A stretch of 62,194 nucleotides of DNA, filler included, from Basidioascus undulatus (GCA_000826855.1; 14 parts of 14 records of this genome joined end to end with filler, not necessarily neighbours in it); one strand, 5' to 3'. Counted from the first letter of the whole stretch, positions 47,522-61,789 are shown. Notes: generated from the letters alone by a model not told the origin. Translations and numbers: made by a program.

Positions 47522-49216
47522 CGCCGTACCCGCCGCCGTAGCCGGGCGCACCGTACGGCGCACCGTACCCGCCGCCGTACCCGCCGCCGTAGCCACCACG
47601 GCCGAAGCCGCCACCGAAGCCACCACGGCCACCGCCGAAGCCACCACGGAAGCCGCCGCCGCCCGCAGCGAAGCGGTCCTGAAGTCGTCATCCGTGTCAG
47701 CAGCGTCCCGCGCAGCCGAAGTAACCTGAATGGTGATGGAGCTGTCTTACCTCGCGGACCTCAAGGCGGCGGCCGAACCAGTCGTAGCCGTTGTACATCT
47801 GGATCGCGTTCGCGGCGTCCTCGGGCGTGGCGAAGACGACAATACCGGTGCCGCGAGGGCGGCCGTCGGGGAACATCTGGACGTCGGCACGGACGATGTT
47901 GCCCGCGGAGCGGAAGAGGTCCTTCAGGTCCTGCCAGCCGGCCTGGAACGGCAGCTGTTGCGAGCAATCAAACGCGACGTCAGCATTCGGGGAACGAGGG
48001 GAGATGGAGAAAAAGCACACGCACGTTGCCGATGAAGAGCTGAGCGCCAGGGGCGGCAGCGTTGTACCCGCCGCCGTACGCACCGCCGAAGCCGCCACCG
48101 TAGCCGCCACGGCCGCCGAAGCCGCCGAAGCCACCACGACCGGGAACGGGGCTCGCGCCGAAGCGGGCCTCCTGCTCACGGTCCTGTGCGACGCGGAAAA
48201 GGGACATACGTCAACAATATGTCGGACGCGGAGCAGGAGCGCGAAGACGTACCTCGCGGACGAAGACGGGGCGGCCGAGGAGCGGGCGGTCCGAGAACTC
48301 GCGGATGGCGCGCTGGGCCATGTCCTGGGTCGCGAACTCCACGATACTGCCACGCGGAGAGAGGGAGGACACGTCAGCTAAGAATAAGGAGTGCAAGAGG
48401 GGGAAGAAACCGCACCCGCAGCCCTTGGACATGCCGTTGGGGGTGATGAGGACCTCGGCGAAGACGACCTCGAGCCCGGAGTCTGGAAGAGGCGCGCCGG
48501 CGATGCGTCGGGAGAGTCGCGGGAGGGGAAAGAGAGAAGCCCATCAACATCCACTCCGCCACCATCCAAAACCAGGGAAACCGCCGCCACCACCAACGCC
48601 ACCTCCACCACCACGCCGCCATGAGGGAGGAAGGGACGATTTGAGGGGGGAAGGCGGGGGTGCGTTGAGGAGAACGAGAGAAGCTTTGAAGAACGACGTT
48701 GACGGCGGCGGCGGCGACGGCAGGGGCAAGTCGGAGTTTGGGGTGGTTCCTCGGGATCGTAGCCCCTCCCTACCTCCTCCTTCTCCTCCTTCCTCCGCCC
48801 AAGCCCAAGCCCAAACCCATCCACGCCTCCGCCCCACCAGCGCCATCCGCAACCTCGACCTCGACCTCGTCCAGATCCTCAAGACCCCACAGCCCCTCCT
48901 CCGCACCGGCACCGGCGTCCTCCAGACCCCTCCCTTCTCCCAGTCCTTCCCCACCAGCACCGCAACCCGAACCCAGACCCAGACCCAGACAAAACGACCC
49001 ACCCTCCCCCTCGCCCTTGAAGAAGCGCTTGAGGTCCTCGTGCTTGACTTCGTACGACAGGTTGCCAACGTAGACGCGGTTCTCGCGCTGCGACTTCTGC
49101 GCGTGCGCGTGCGCCTCCTCGACGGGGGCGTTGATGCCGCCCGAGGCCTGGTTCGCGCGCGAGACGCGCGCCTGCAGGTCGGCGAAGGACTCGTTCGAGG
49201 GGACGTAGTTGGACAT
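47522..49216 (-). CDS. GBP2: Gbp2/Hrb1-like (hnRNP M-like) RRM protein with RGG regions, 3'-partial
   Basis: NRVYVGNLSYEVKHEDLK, EVLITPNGMSKGCG|IVEF, LLGRPVFVRE|DRE, LFIGN|LPFQAGWQDLKDLFRSAG, MYNGYDWFGRRLEVRE|DRF. Confidence 0.9.
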
Positions 49217-49807
49217 GGCGAGCTAAGGGACGCGGGCGGCGGGTGAGTCGGAATGAAAAAAATGCTCTGAGATCGGGGAGGGAGGGGAGGGGAGGGGAGG
49301 ACGCACAGTGTCTGTGGGTGTGTAGATGTGTGGGTATGGGGTATTGAAAGATGTATGTCAGAAATACAGGCGATGAGTATACACAGTGCTGCGACGGCGC
49401 TGACCTCGGCGTGTGATGATGGATGAGAGAGAAGGAAGGGGCCGCGATCCTACGGCCAATGAGCGCGCAACAGACGCCATCCCGCCCTGCGCACAGTTGC
49501 AAACGCCAAACAAGGTCGGCAGCCGCCTATCCCGCCTCTCTCTGACCGGTATCCAGTGAGGTTCAAGTACCGCCTGTTACATGAATTATGGTAACAATAT
49601 GCTCAGGTGATACCGAGCCGCTAGGTGTCTCGAGGCGTGAGGCACTCAAGACTCTGCGATCCGCATCCGGGCCGAAGCGACGCCTTGAGATCTCGAGGCG
49701 CCGGACTGTTCCTCTGTCTTTGTCTGCTGCCCAACTCGCACCCTTCCCATACCACCTTCTTTACCCCAAACTACCACCACCAACACACGAACACCTTAGC
49801 AACCGTA

Positions 49808-50379
49808 ATGGCGAGTCCCTCTCCTGTCCTCAAGTTTCAGTCCCACAAGTTAACACACCGAGAGCAGGCCAACATCGCCGAGGACGAGTCCTCCCTTCCC
49901 TACGCCGAGCGGCCCTCCTGGGCGGACCTCAAGCCGATCCCGCAGGACGACGGGCCCGCGCCTCTCGTGCCCATCTTCTATTCCGCAGACTGTGCGCTCC
50001 TCTCCCCTCTCCTCCCTCCCGCCCTGCAGGCTGAACCCTGCGCCCGGGGGGATCGGGCAGACCGCGACGCGATGGACATGTTCCGCGCTGTAGCGGCCGC
50101 GAACGAGAAGTCCGAGCGCGCGCTGGACCTCACAGAGGACATCATCCGCATGAATCCCGCACACTACACGATCTGGTGCGTCCCCCCTCCCTCACGCTCC
50201 CAGCAGACGAGACAGACACTTGAACTGTGTTGGGGCATGGGGCACAGGCAGTACCGCACGTCGATCCTACTCGAGCTGGGGCTGGACCTCAAGGCGGAGC
50301 TAGCGCTGATGGACGAGCTGGTGAACGAGAACCTCAAATCCTACCAAGTCTGGTGCGTCCCTCTCCCTCCATCTCACCA
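49808..50379 (+). CDS. RAM2: Protein farnesyltransferase/geranylgeranyltransferase-I alpha subunit, 3'-partial
   Basis: WADLKPIPQDDGPAPLVPIFYSAD|YRDAMDMFRA...EKSERALDLTEDIIRMNPAHYTIW|QYR...ENLKSYQVW. Confidence 0.93.
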
Positions 50380-50479
50380 NNNNNNNNNNNNNNNNNNNNN
50401 NNNNNNNNNNNNNNNNNNNNNNNTTAATTAATTAANNNNNNNNNNNNNNNNNNNNNNNNNNNNNNNNNNNNNNNNNNNN
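50380..50479. other. Artificial contig spacer
   Basis: N44-TTAATTAATTAA-N44. Confidence 0.99.
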
Positions 50480-50492
50480 GCTCTTCCGATCT
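50480..50492 (+). other. Untrimmed Illumina adapter remnant GCTCTTCCGATCT
   Basis: Exact 13-nt adapter 3' end at the first base of the contig. Confidence 0.9.
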
Positions 50493-50501
50493 ATTTCCGC
50501 C

Positions 50502-51538
50502 ATGTCTGTCGTGGTACTAGGCATAAACGCAGGCATCTCCCTCCCGCCCCTCATGATGCCGCCCCTCCCGCAGCAGCAACAACAACCGCCCTACCAGCCC
50601 CCGCGCGGCCTGCGACCGTCCTACGCGCTCGACGATCCTCCGCCCATACCGGGGCTGAGCGGCAGCGGCGGCGGAGGGAGCGACGCGGAGCGGAGGGGCA
50701 GCACCGTCGCGTATGGGTCCGCGAACGTCCTCCCGAGCTACAACCCTGTCAATGCCGGGGACATGGGTGTGCGCGTTCCCGAGCCCATCCAAGCGCCCAT
50801 GTCCACCCCATCGAGCCTCCCGCCGCACTCACACCCAATCCATATCCCCGTCTCCGCCGCTTCGCCCATCGCTTCGACGCTCGCGGAGCAGCAGCAGATG
50901 TCGGGCCCGGGCTCGGCGAGGCGCAGGGCACACATCGTGAGCTGCAGATGGTCGGGTGCTGGGCGTCTCTTTGAAGGATCTGCAGCTTACGCAGGGTCGG
51001 GCGTGCGTTGCAGGTGTCGGAACAGCGCAGGCGAGAAAACATCAACACGGGCTTTGAGGAGCTCAAAGCTGCGGTGCCGTCTAGTGCGGGGACGGGCGAC
51101 TCGAAAGCGCTTATCTTGCGGAAAGGTAAGCATTCATTCTCGCACCGCTTTGATGATATGAATGTGGTTGCTCTGCGCATTGTGTTTCAGCTCCTGCAAT
51201 ACTTCTTTAACGTACATCAGGCTGACTTTCCCTTCTCTTCAGCCGTCCAGCACATCCAGTCTCTCGAAGCACGCGTCGCGTCTCTCAAAGCACAACTCGC
51301 CGCCGCGACCTCCGCCTCCGCCTCCTCCTCTCCTTCCCCTCCCACGCGCCCCGTGAACACGCCTTCCCCGCCGTCCGACATCCCGCACCCCATGCGCGAG
51401 CGCGCGCGCGCTCATCCGTACGCGAACCCCGACCAGATCCCGCGCGCGCGGAACGCGCCCGCGGGCAGCGTCGGCAGCCTGCTCAACGAGGAGGACGTGA
51501 GCTTCAGGCAGAAGCAGGCGAGGCTTGTGGAGCGATAA
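50502..51538 (+). CDS. bHLH-zipper transcription factor (start uncertain, probably 5'-partial)
   Basis: ARRRAHI|VSEQRRRENINTGFEELKAAVP...SKALILRK|AVQHIQSLEARVASLKAQL, with the H-E-R basic region of E-box binders. Confidence 0.85.
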
Positions 51539-52111
51539 CGCTTCATTCCGGCCTCCGTCCGTTTTCGTTGATGGTGCTGCTCAGCTCCCCTTTTCACTCT
51601 TCGATTACCCTATCTGCTTGCTTGGCACAGGACTCTTTTGCGGGGCTTGTATTTTCGCATGCCCTTGCTGCATGCTGGCGCTGGTCCGAGTGTTTCATTT
51701 GTTGTTTTGGTAGCTACGATTTGAAAGAGACCTACATTGCGATCCTCACTGCATGCCCGGCTTGCTCGGCTGGTTGGTGCGAAGCTAACGATGCGACGAT
51801 GGAGGGCAGGTCAACACCCGACGGAACCTCAACGGAATCGGGTCGAGCCGGGATAATTGGGAGGCTCAGGCAACTACTGGGCAAGTTAGTGCAGAGCGTC
51901 TCCAAGACTCTGAAGCGGTTCGGTCGACGACGGTTTTCGAGATGTCGTCGCACCCTTATGCTGTGTTGGTGCCCTAAGTGCCCCGCCCGCAAAGCACCCG
52001 GTTTGCATCCTTCAGCAACTTTCTTTGCGTTCAATAGAGCGCGCAAGGGCCGCGTACCCCCACCGAACAACTCGGCAGCCAACCTCACAGCTGTGATATT
52101 GCAATTCATCA

Positions 52112-52991
52112 TCATGATATCCGTTGATCCGAGTTTGCTAGCCAGGTTGGATTCGGCCATACCTGTCCGGAACCCATTCACCCCGCCGCAATCAGTATTC
52201 TCCATTCCTCCTCCTGCTCGCATCTTTCCACCCCGCTCGGCGCACTCACCCGCGCGACCACCTTCCCCTTGACGAGCCCCAGCGGCACAGGCCCGTACGT
52301 TCTCGAGTCCGTGGAGTTGGCGAGATTGTCGCCGGCCAGCCACAGATGGCCCTTGGGCACGCGCACCCACTCGCGCGCGCCCTCCGGATCGCGCGGGTCG
52401 ACGCACACCGCGTCCCCCCCGCAGCCGAGGACGCGCTTGCACACTGTCCGGGACGGGTCCGAGGGCGCGAGCGCGACGACGAGGTCGCCGCGCGCTATGC
52501 GCGGCGGGGAGAGCCGCGGCGAGATCCGCTCGTGCAGGATGTAGTCGCCGTGGTGCGAGAGGGTCGGCAGCATCGACGCCCCGTGGCAGGGCCGGATTTC
52601 GAAGAGGTTGGAGTTGACGAGGTGGACGAGGCAGAGGAGCTAGATAGGGAGGTGGGGCAGAGAGAGAGTAGAGACGTGAGCTTTGGGTCGCGTGTAGGCA
52701 TGCCAAATGTGATCAGGATAAGAACAAGGACATCATGGTGTGTGGCCCGACAGCGAGCGAACGAGGCAAGGGCTCCGCGTGCCCATGCTCGAAAGGCAAC
52801 GCTTCGAGCGCATGAGCTGCAGCGACGCTGTTAAGACTCCCATCCTGGCAACTCTCCGCACCTCATCCCAAACATCGAGCGGAAACGCGCTGTGAGCGAA
52901 AGTTGAGGTCGAGCGAACGCACTTGGACGGTCACGATCGCGCTTCGCTTTGCGATGGGCAGATATCGACGGAGATGAGCAGCGGTAGCCAT
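52112..52991 (-). CDS. IMP1: Mitochondrial inner membrane peptidase subunit 1 (S26), 3 exons
   Basis: [31 protein letters not shown]...GASMLPTL...RGDLVV...VCKRVLG...[40 protein letters not shown]. Confidence 0.9.
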
Positions 52992-53337
52992 GACGAGCTG
53001 GCTTGTGGCCCCTCGATTACGATTCCGTTCGAAAATATACGTGAATGAGAGGGGTCAGTACGGCTGATGGGCGGGAGCGATGCGGCGCTCACGGACGAGA
53101 GTCAAGCGGCAACAGCAGCGCGAGCGTCTTCTCGCTCGGCCCGATCGCGTCTTCCTCGCTTGTCTTCCTGCCTCCAGCTGTCCTTCGTCCCCATCGCAGT
53201 CTTTCTCCTCCTCCCCCTTCTCCCTCCCTTTCCCTCCACAGTGCACCCATACGCACCCCACAATGTCCAATCCCCCACCCTCAAATCCTCCCGATTCCTC
53301 TTCTTCCTCCCCCCCCCCCCCCCCCTCCCGCGAGCCG

Positions 53338-53437
53338 NNNNNNNNNNNNNNNNNNNNNNNNNNNNNNNNNNNNNNNNNNNNTTAATTAATTAANNNNNNN
53401 NNNNNNNNNNNNNNNNNNNNNNNNNNNNNNNNNNNNN
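53338..53437. other. Artificial contig spacer
   Basis: N44-TTAATTAATTAA-N44. Confidence 0.99.
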
Positions 53438-54078
53438 GGCTCGTCCTCGTCTGACGACTCGGGGACGGCGGGGCAGCGACGCTTGCGCCCACTGGACATG
53501 GACGGCGGGTCGTCGTTCGCGTCGATGTCCATCGCATCGGGCTCCTCCAGCGCCTCGAGCGACGCTTTGACGTTTTCGCCGAGGAGACCTGCGAAGCAGA
53601 AGCTGACGGCGGTGACCCACTGACGTTCGTCGAGATGGGCGAGATGGGGTGGGTAGGCGAGGACGAGGCGGAGCGCCTTGAGGTAATCGGATGCGACGTA
53701 GGAGAAGAGCTCGCCCTGGTACTCGAGGATCTGGATGAGGTGGGTGAAGAGCGCCTTGACGACACGGCGGTTGATGCGTGTGACGGCCTTCTCGACGAGC
53801 CAGCGGACGGTAGCGGCGGTCTCGATGAGTCGCTTGACGGGCTGGCCGCCAACCTTGCTGAACGCGCTGTTTTTGATGCAATACGTCCTCTCGGAGACGA
53901 CGGCGACAAAGAGGCTCTGGAACGTGTTGAGCCATGCGCGGCCGTCGCCGTCGTCGAGGGTGCTGACGTTGACGGAGTCGGAGAAGATGTCGCGCATGAG
54001 CTGGAGGCCCTCGGTGCGGTCCTTGATCTTGTCGCTCCTGAGCGCGTTGAGCGCCGTGCGAAGGTTCGAGGGTGACAT
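53438..54078 (-). CDS. TEL1: Tel1/ATM kinase N-terminus (TAN domain), 3'-partial
   Basis: LNALRSDKIKDRTEGL TAN motif; WLNTFQSLF.AV..E; RL...AATVRWLVE; DYLKALR..LAYPPHLAHL. Confidence 0.85.
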
Positions 54079-55900
54079 GGCGGGGGAACGGAGGCGACCT
54101 GGAGGCTCGGTCGTGAGCATGTTGAGCAAATTATGGACCAGATCGGTCGAATGCGTACAGGCGCTGCGGAGCTGTCGTGAGTGGGCTCAGAGGCGAAGGA
54201 ATTGCGGTGAACGATGAAGGGTGCCGACGGAGCGAGGTGAGCTAGTGGCAAGGGTGGGTTAGTCGAGGGTCTTGGCCACGATTGATCGATCGAGTGGAAC
54301 TGATGTGTACGCATGCGACCTCGAGGGGAAGTTTGTCAGTTTGATGAGGGGGGTCTTCCGACCTCGGTGCGCTGACCGAACCCAAGGGAGGCTCACCTCA
54401 AGTATCCCAAACCCGCGTCCAGTAGTTCTGTCCCAGCACGCAAAGCAACCAAGCCGCTCCTATCTCCATTCCGTATGAGTCAACCTTCCTGCCGGCCCAT
54501 AACTGTAGATGTCGAAACGGAAGCCGCACTTGGGACCCGATCGGGACTCGAAACGACCGAGGAAGCAAGCTCGCCGTTTCGCTCGCTCGGGCATGCGAGT
54601 GAACGCGGCGACAACACCGGGAAAAATACGCAGGCAGATTTCTACGAGTCCGGCTTAAGATTTGGGTGTACTTGGTCGAATAAGGAGGCATGGGAAGCGC
54701 GAAGTCGCAAGTCGCGTCCAAGACGCGTCATCGGCGTTACAGATTTCGAAAGGCTCCTAACGCCGCGGGCCCTCAAAAAGCGTCTTCCATCTTCCTCTTC
54801 GTCTCTCACCTCTCCCCACCCCTGTCTCAATCATGTACATGTAAGAGGTCTCACTTTCCACTTGCACCAGCGAGAATGGAGGGGCTCGCGTTAACCATTT
54901 GTCCCCTCAGATTGCGCTAGTCTATTATGTCACACTGTTCTCCGTCCGTACATTCGGTCTCTGCTTCTTCCTCTCTTTCCGGCCTTATGTCTGCCCGTGC
55001 TCCGAAATTGCTCGCTGGAGTGCGGTCCTGTTGAATGGGCCTAGACTACCGACGTGCCGTTGCCCAAGAAGCGGAACGGCATCATCGCCGTTTGAGCGCT
55101 TCGCGAATACCCAAAAGGTGCAGGTGCGGAGCGTATAAAGCGCGATGGACATCTCTCCTTCATTCCCTTCCGTTGTTTAGCTTGTCTATCCGCATGAATG
55201 TGTCTTTTTCTATTTCTATCTATGCCTTGCGGTTGCTGGGTGTTGTTGCTTGCTTGTTGATGTCCAGCCGACTGAGACTTTGGCGGGCTGGGGTTGGCTC
55301 GGGCGCCAGGTGCCAGAGTGCCAGTGGACCGTGAAGCACATCATCAGCAATCAGTAGTCTATGCGCTGCAGATCAGTAAGAGCGACCGGTCCACTGATAT
55401 TAATATTGTGCGTCACTTAATTCAACGCAATGAAAGGCCGAGCACGGTGCTCATTTGTGCAGTCCGCTCATTTGTGCAGTCGGACTTACTCGCATCATGG
55501 CTGCACCTGACACGAGAGGCCTTCCCGAAAGTGGTCTCCCGATCCACCTGGTCTCCTCATACACCATAGGTTGCCATCGGGTACTCTAGGATCCTGAAGT
55601 TTTGTGTAGCTTCACTGATATCCCAGTAGGCGTGTGTGTCATCAGTCAACATGGGGGATGGACAGCTGCGGGATCCACAGCATGCCCGGTAAATAGGGTC
55701 TTGCACTATATGACAGCCTTGAACTTTTTTCTTGACAGTTTCTTCTTCCAGTGACCTCATATCATTGAAGTACTATGAGTAGAAGAAGCTTACAAGCATG
55801 ACTTGCCTTGTCTGATTTAGCTCCTTCATGATGCAGAGCTTGCAGAGGCATGCCCTTTGATGCCAGCCCTTAGTTTAGGAGCGTCAATCAAAAAAAAAAA

Positions 55901-56292
55901 TGTCATGACAGATGCAATCAAATAGTTTCTTTAATATATGGAATTCCTGAGGCCACCCTGCCCCCTGGCTGGTGGTGAAATTTGTTATTGCAAGGACACC
56001 TGGTGTGAGGATACACCCCTTGGTGGAGGAAAGGGTGTATGTAGCCAAGGACTAGGGAGAGTGAGAGCATAGGACTAGGGGGAATGATGGTGGTTGGGAT
56101 CCAAGTTGGTTGAGGGCCAGCCAAAGGGTGCTGGTCCTCTTATATACAGTTGGTGGACTTCATTGGAAAGTGTTACAAAGAGCTGGGAAAGTGTGGAAAG
56201 AGATAGAAATAGATGGAAAGTTCTGGAAGGGTGGCAACAGGGGTGTGGCTGGGAGGACCTTGGGTGTGATGCAGGGGAGTCCGCTCACACAG
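55901..56292 (-). mobile_element. Partial LTR of a retrotransposon, CpG-depleted
   Basis: Terminus TGTCATGACA next to an A11 run; minus-strand TATATAA at 56140-56146; CCTTCCAGAACTTTCCA motif; a single CpG in 392 bp. Confidence 0.55.
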
Positions 56293-56392
56293 NNNNNNNN
56301 NNNNNNNNNNNNNNNNNNNNNNNNNNNNNNNNNNNNTTAATTAATTAANNNNNNNNNNNNNNNNNNNNNNNNNNNNNNNNNNNNNNNNNNNN
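56293..56392. other. Artificial contig spacer
   Basis: N44-TTAATTAATTAA-N44. Confidence 0.99.
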
Positions 56393-56466
56393 CCGAGTCA
56401 TGAGGTCCCGGGTAAGGGGTAGCGGTTATGAGGAGGTGGAAGGAGGCGGAGAGGGAGGGGACGCAC

Positions 56467-56563
56467 CGGAGGAGGCTCGCGTGAGATGCGAGTACTGCGC
56501 ATCCGGATTCCAGTCCGTCGCGCGCAGGAATTGGCGCAGGATATAGTCCGCGAAGGAGTACAT
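56467..56563 (-). CDS. MDM10: ERMES/SAM component Mdm10, first exon
   Basis: MYSFADYILRQFLRATDWNPDAQYSHLTRASS followed by a GTGCGT donor; fits the Mdm10 N-terminal pattern F..AT.WN.D..YS.LT. Confidence 0.8.
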
Positions 56564-57534
56564 CACTGGAGACCTAGTGGGATCCGGACTGGCCCTTGCG
56601 CGGGCGGATCAGTGAGGATGAAGGTGATGGTGGTGGTCAAGGGAGAAGGCCAGGAACCGGCCCCATGCAGGTGCTGGCCTCTCGGGAGTAGCCGACGGGA
56701 CCACGTTCGCCAGCTTCGACTCGCAACAGGAAATACAAGGAAACAGCCGCTTCAGCGCAGTCTCCAGGTAATTTGGGACAAATACTAAGTTTTTCAGTAA
56801 GTATATGTCAATAAGGGTAGGCGCAAGTCAGAACTCAGAACAGCAATTACAACTGTACACTACACAGCGCAGTCTGAAAGCCATCCACAGCTCGACTCGG
56901 ACGCCCGCGTAAGGGCTTGCTTATGCTCGCGCAGCCACCGACTGTTCGATGTTTCATGGTTTGCGACGGTCCTGAGTAGTAGTATAAGTTACGCTAAAGA
57001 AGCTTGGAATAGCTGGAAGATGTTACGTGCAAGTGCGGGAGTGCCTCGAGGAAACAGATCCCAAATCTGTCGTGACCGCCCTCGAGCGATAAATTTGCAT
57101 CCGCCTCTCCACTCCATTGTCGATCTCGTAGTCGAGGTCCTGTCATGTTGCGGACAAAAAATGGATTGACGTCCTGGGATGAAGGAAGAGGTGTCCGAAG
57201 TCGCCATGAACAGATATGGCTACGCAACACAGAGCGGATCGGTACCGCCTCAACGACGTGACGTTCCGCACAGCTCTTTTAAGATTTCGGGCTGCCTTGA
57301 CATGCTGACTCGCAAGGGTGAATGTAGTGACTCCCCAAGCAACCAACTACACGAGAGAACAACAAACAACACATGTATCGCAATTCTCATAGAACTCAGA
57401 CCAGACAAGTATGCCGAAAGGCGGGCCCTGATCGGTACGCGAGGGACGGCGCGGTAGACGGGGGTGAAGGGTGGCGGGATAGGAGGGTACAAGCGAGAGA
57501 AGGAGAGAAGAGACGACTGTGGGTGGGCGGTCGT

Positions 57535-59243
57535 CTACTTCTTCTTCGACGCCTTCTCGGCGGCCTTGGTGACCTGTAGTGTGCGGAGAGAAGGTGAGCG
57601 AGGGCGTGAGGGAAGGAGGAACGAAAGGAGAGGACAAACCTTGCCGCCCTTGCCGTCCGACTTCTCGACGGACTTGATGACACCGACGGCGACGGTCTGC
57701 CTGTAGAATTAACGCGCTGGTGTAAGAAACTTGCGTTCGTAAAGTAGGAACAAAAATTTCAACCTCATATCGCGCACCGCGAAGCGCCCGAGAGGAGGGT
57801 ACTGTTGAAGGGAAGGAGTGTCAGTGAAGTGTGCTGGACCCAGAGTACGAAACGATGAAGACGCACCTCGTTGTACGACTCGACGCACATCGGCTTGCTG
57901 GGCACGAGCTTGACTATCGCTGCGTCGCCGGACTTGACGAACTTGGGCTGGGCCTCGATGACCTTTCCCGTGCGGCGGTCGATCTTCTCGATGAGCTCTG
58001 CGAACTTGCACGCGATGTGCGCAGTGTGGCAGTCGAGCACGGGCGCGTAGCCCGCGCCGATCTGGCCCGGGTGGTTGAGCACGATCACCTGCGCGTTGAA
58101 AGACGTCGCCTCCTTCGCCGGGTCGTTCTTCGAGTCCGAGCAGACGTTGCCGCGCCGGATGTCTTTGACGGAGACGTTCCTGTGGGAGGGGACGGAGAGA
58201 GCGGAGGAATGGACGGTGAGGAGAGGGCGCGGCGACAGGGAAGGCGGGGGCGGAGAGCGCGGGTGCAGTACGTGAGGGAGGCGGTGGCGAGGGTGAGGGG
58301 AGGACGAAGGCGAGGGAGAGGTATGTCAGCGACAATCCCGCGTCGTCGATCCACTGAGTACCTACTTGACGTTAAACCCGACGTTGTCGCCCGGCAAGCC
58401 CGCCTCGAGCTGCTCGTGATGCATCTCGACGCTCTTGACCTCTGTGGTAACATTGCTGGGCGCAAAGTTGACGACCATGCCCGCCTTGATTGTGCCCGTC
58501 TCGACGCGGCCGACTGGCACCGTGCCGATGCCGCCGATCTTGTACACGTCCTGGAGCGGGAGGCGGAGGGGCTTGTCCGACGGGCGCACGGGCGGCTCGA
58601 TCGCGTCGATCGCCTCGAGGAGCGTGCGGCCCTTCACCACGCCCGCCTTCGTCTCCTTCGTCCAGCCCTTGTACCAGGGCATGCTGCGCGAGGGAAGGAA
58701 GGGTGGATCGGCGGACGTGCACGCGTGTGCGGGAGATGGAAAGGGAAGAGGAGAGGAGGGGCAAGACCCACTTGGTCGACTCATCGATCATGTTGTCGCC
58801 GTGCCAGCCCGAGATGGGGACGAACGCGACCGTCTTCGGGTTGTACCCGACCTTCTTGATGAAGCCCGAGGTCTCCTTGATGATCTCGTTAAAGCGGTCC
58901 TCGGACCACTTCCACCCCGCAAACCCAACTTCAGCTCTAACTCGGGCCTCGTTCAGCGCGGTCAGGGGAAGAGACCGACCTTCGTGGTGTCCATCTTGTT
59001 GACGGCGACGATGAGCTGGCGGACGCCGAGCGTGAACGCAAGGAGCGCGTGCTCGCGCGTCTGGCCGTCCTTCGAAATGCCCGCCTCGAACTCACCGACG
59101 CCGCCGGCGATGATGAGGATCGCGCAGTCGGCTGCCAAACCCACCGCACAGACCCGTCGTCAGTACGGAAGAGAGTGTGGGGAGAGGAGGGGGAGGACGC
59201 ACCTTGCGACGTGCCCGTGATCATATTTTTAATGAAGTCGCGG
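57535..59243 (-). CDS. TEF1: Translation elongation factor 1-alpha, 5'-partial, intron-rich
   Basis: [21 protein letters not shown]...[14 protein letters not shown]...[10 protein letters not shown]...[23 protein letters not shown]...[22 protein letters not shown]...KASKKK*. Confidence 0.98.
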
Positions 59244-59343
59244 NNNNNNNNNNNNNNNNNNNNNNNNNNNNNNNNNNNNNNNNNNNNTTAATTAATTAAN
59301 NNNNNNNNNNNNNNNNNNNNNNNNNNNNNNNNNNNNNNNNNNN
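59244..59343. other. Artificial contig spacer
   Basis: N44-TTAATTAATTAA-N44. Confidence 0.99.
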
Positions 59344-61510
<2,167 letters not shown>

Positions 61511-61789
61511 TGTGTGATGAGGTGTGCAAGCGAAAGTGTGTGCAAGTGTCAAGTACGATGGGAGAAGGCTGCGAGGGATTCCAAGTTCTTGCATTTCGGT
61601 GGTGGATTGGCCGACGGGGATTACTAGAGCCCCGGTGGAGCGCCGGCGATAGGGAGTCTCACCGGCCCGGACTGGCCCTTGGCTCATGCGACCTTGCTTC
61701 GGCCCATCTTCGTTGCTCCGGACGAACTCTTACCAAACCCAACATCCTCCATTCTCCACTCAGTCCATCCGGGCCTTCATCCAATCCTT

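Noticed and set aside
53263..53337. ATG-initiated MSNPPPSNPPDSSSSS at a contig end
   Set aside because: Too short and low in complexity to call.
26744..54078. Apparent DNA-damage gene cluster (ATRIP-like, RFA3, TEL1) or mitochondrial cluster (IMP1, MDM10, HEM14)
   Set aside because: The genes are on different contigs joined artificially.
54475..55138. Possible small spliced gene divergent from TEL1
   Set aside because: Splice-like sites are present, but several incompatible frames are possible and none is recognisable.
57831..58859. Long antisense ORFs (342 aa opposite TEF1; also 11033-11923 and 48305-49246)
   Set aside because: These are shadow ORFs expected from high GC3 codon bias; they run across introns and have no motifs.
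23666..59343. Regularly spaced TTAATTAATTAA as a CRISPR-like or biological repeat
   Set aside because: It is embedded in N runs of fixed total length 100 and is a six-frame stop linker; the regular spacing reflects size-sorted contigs.
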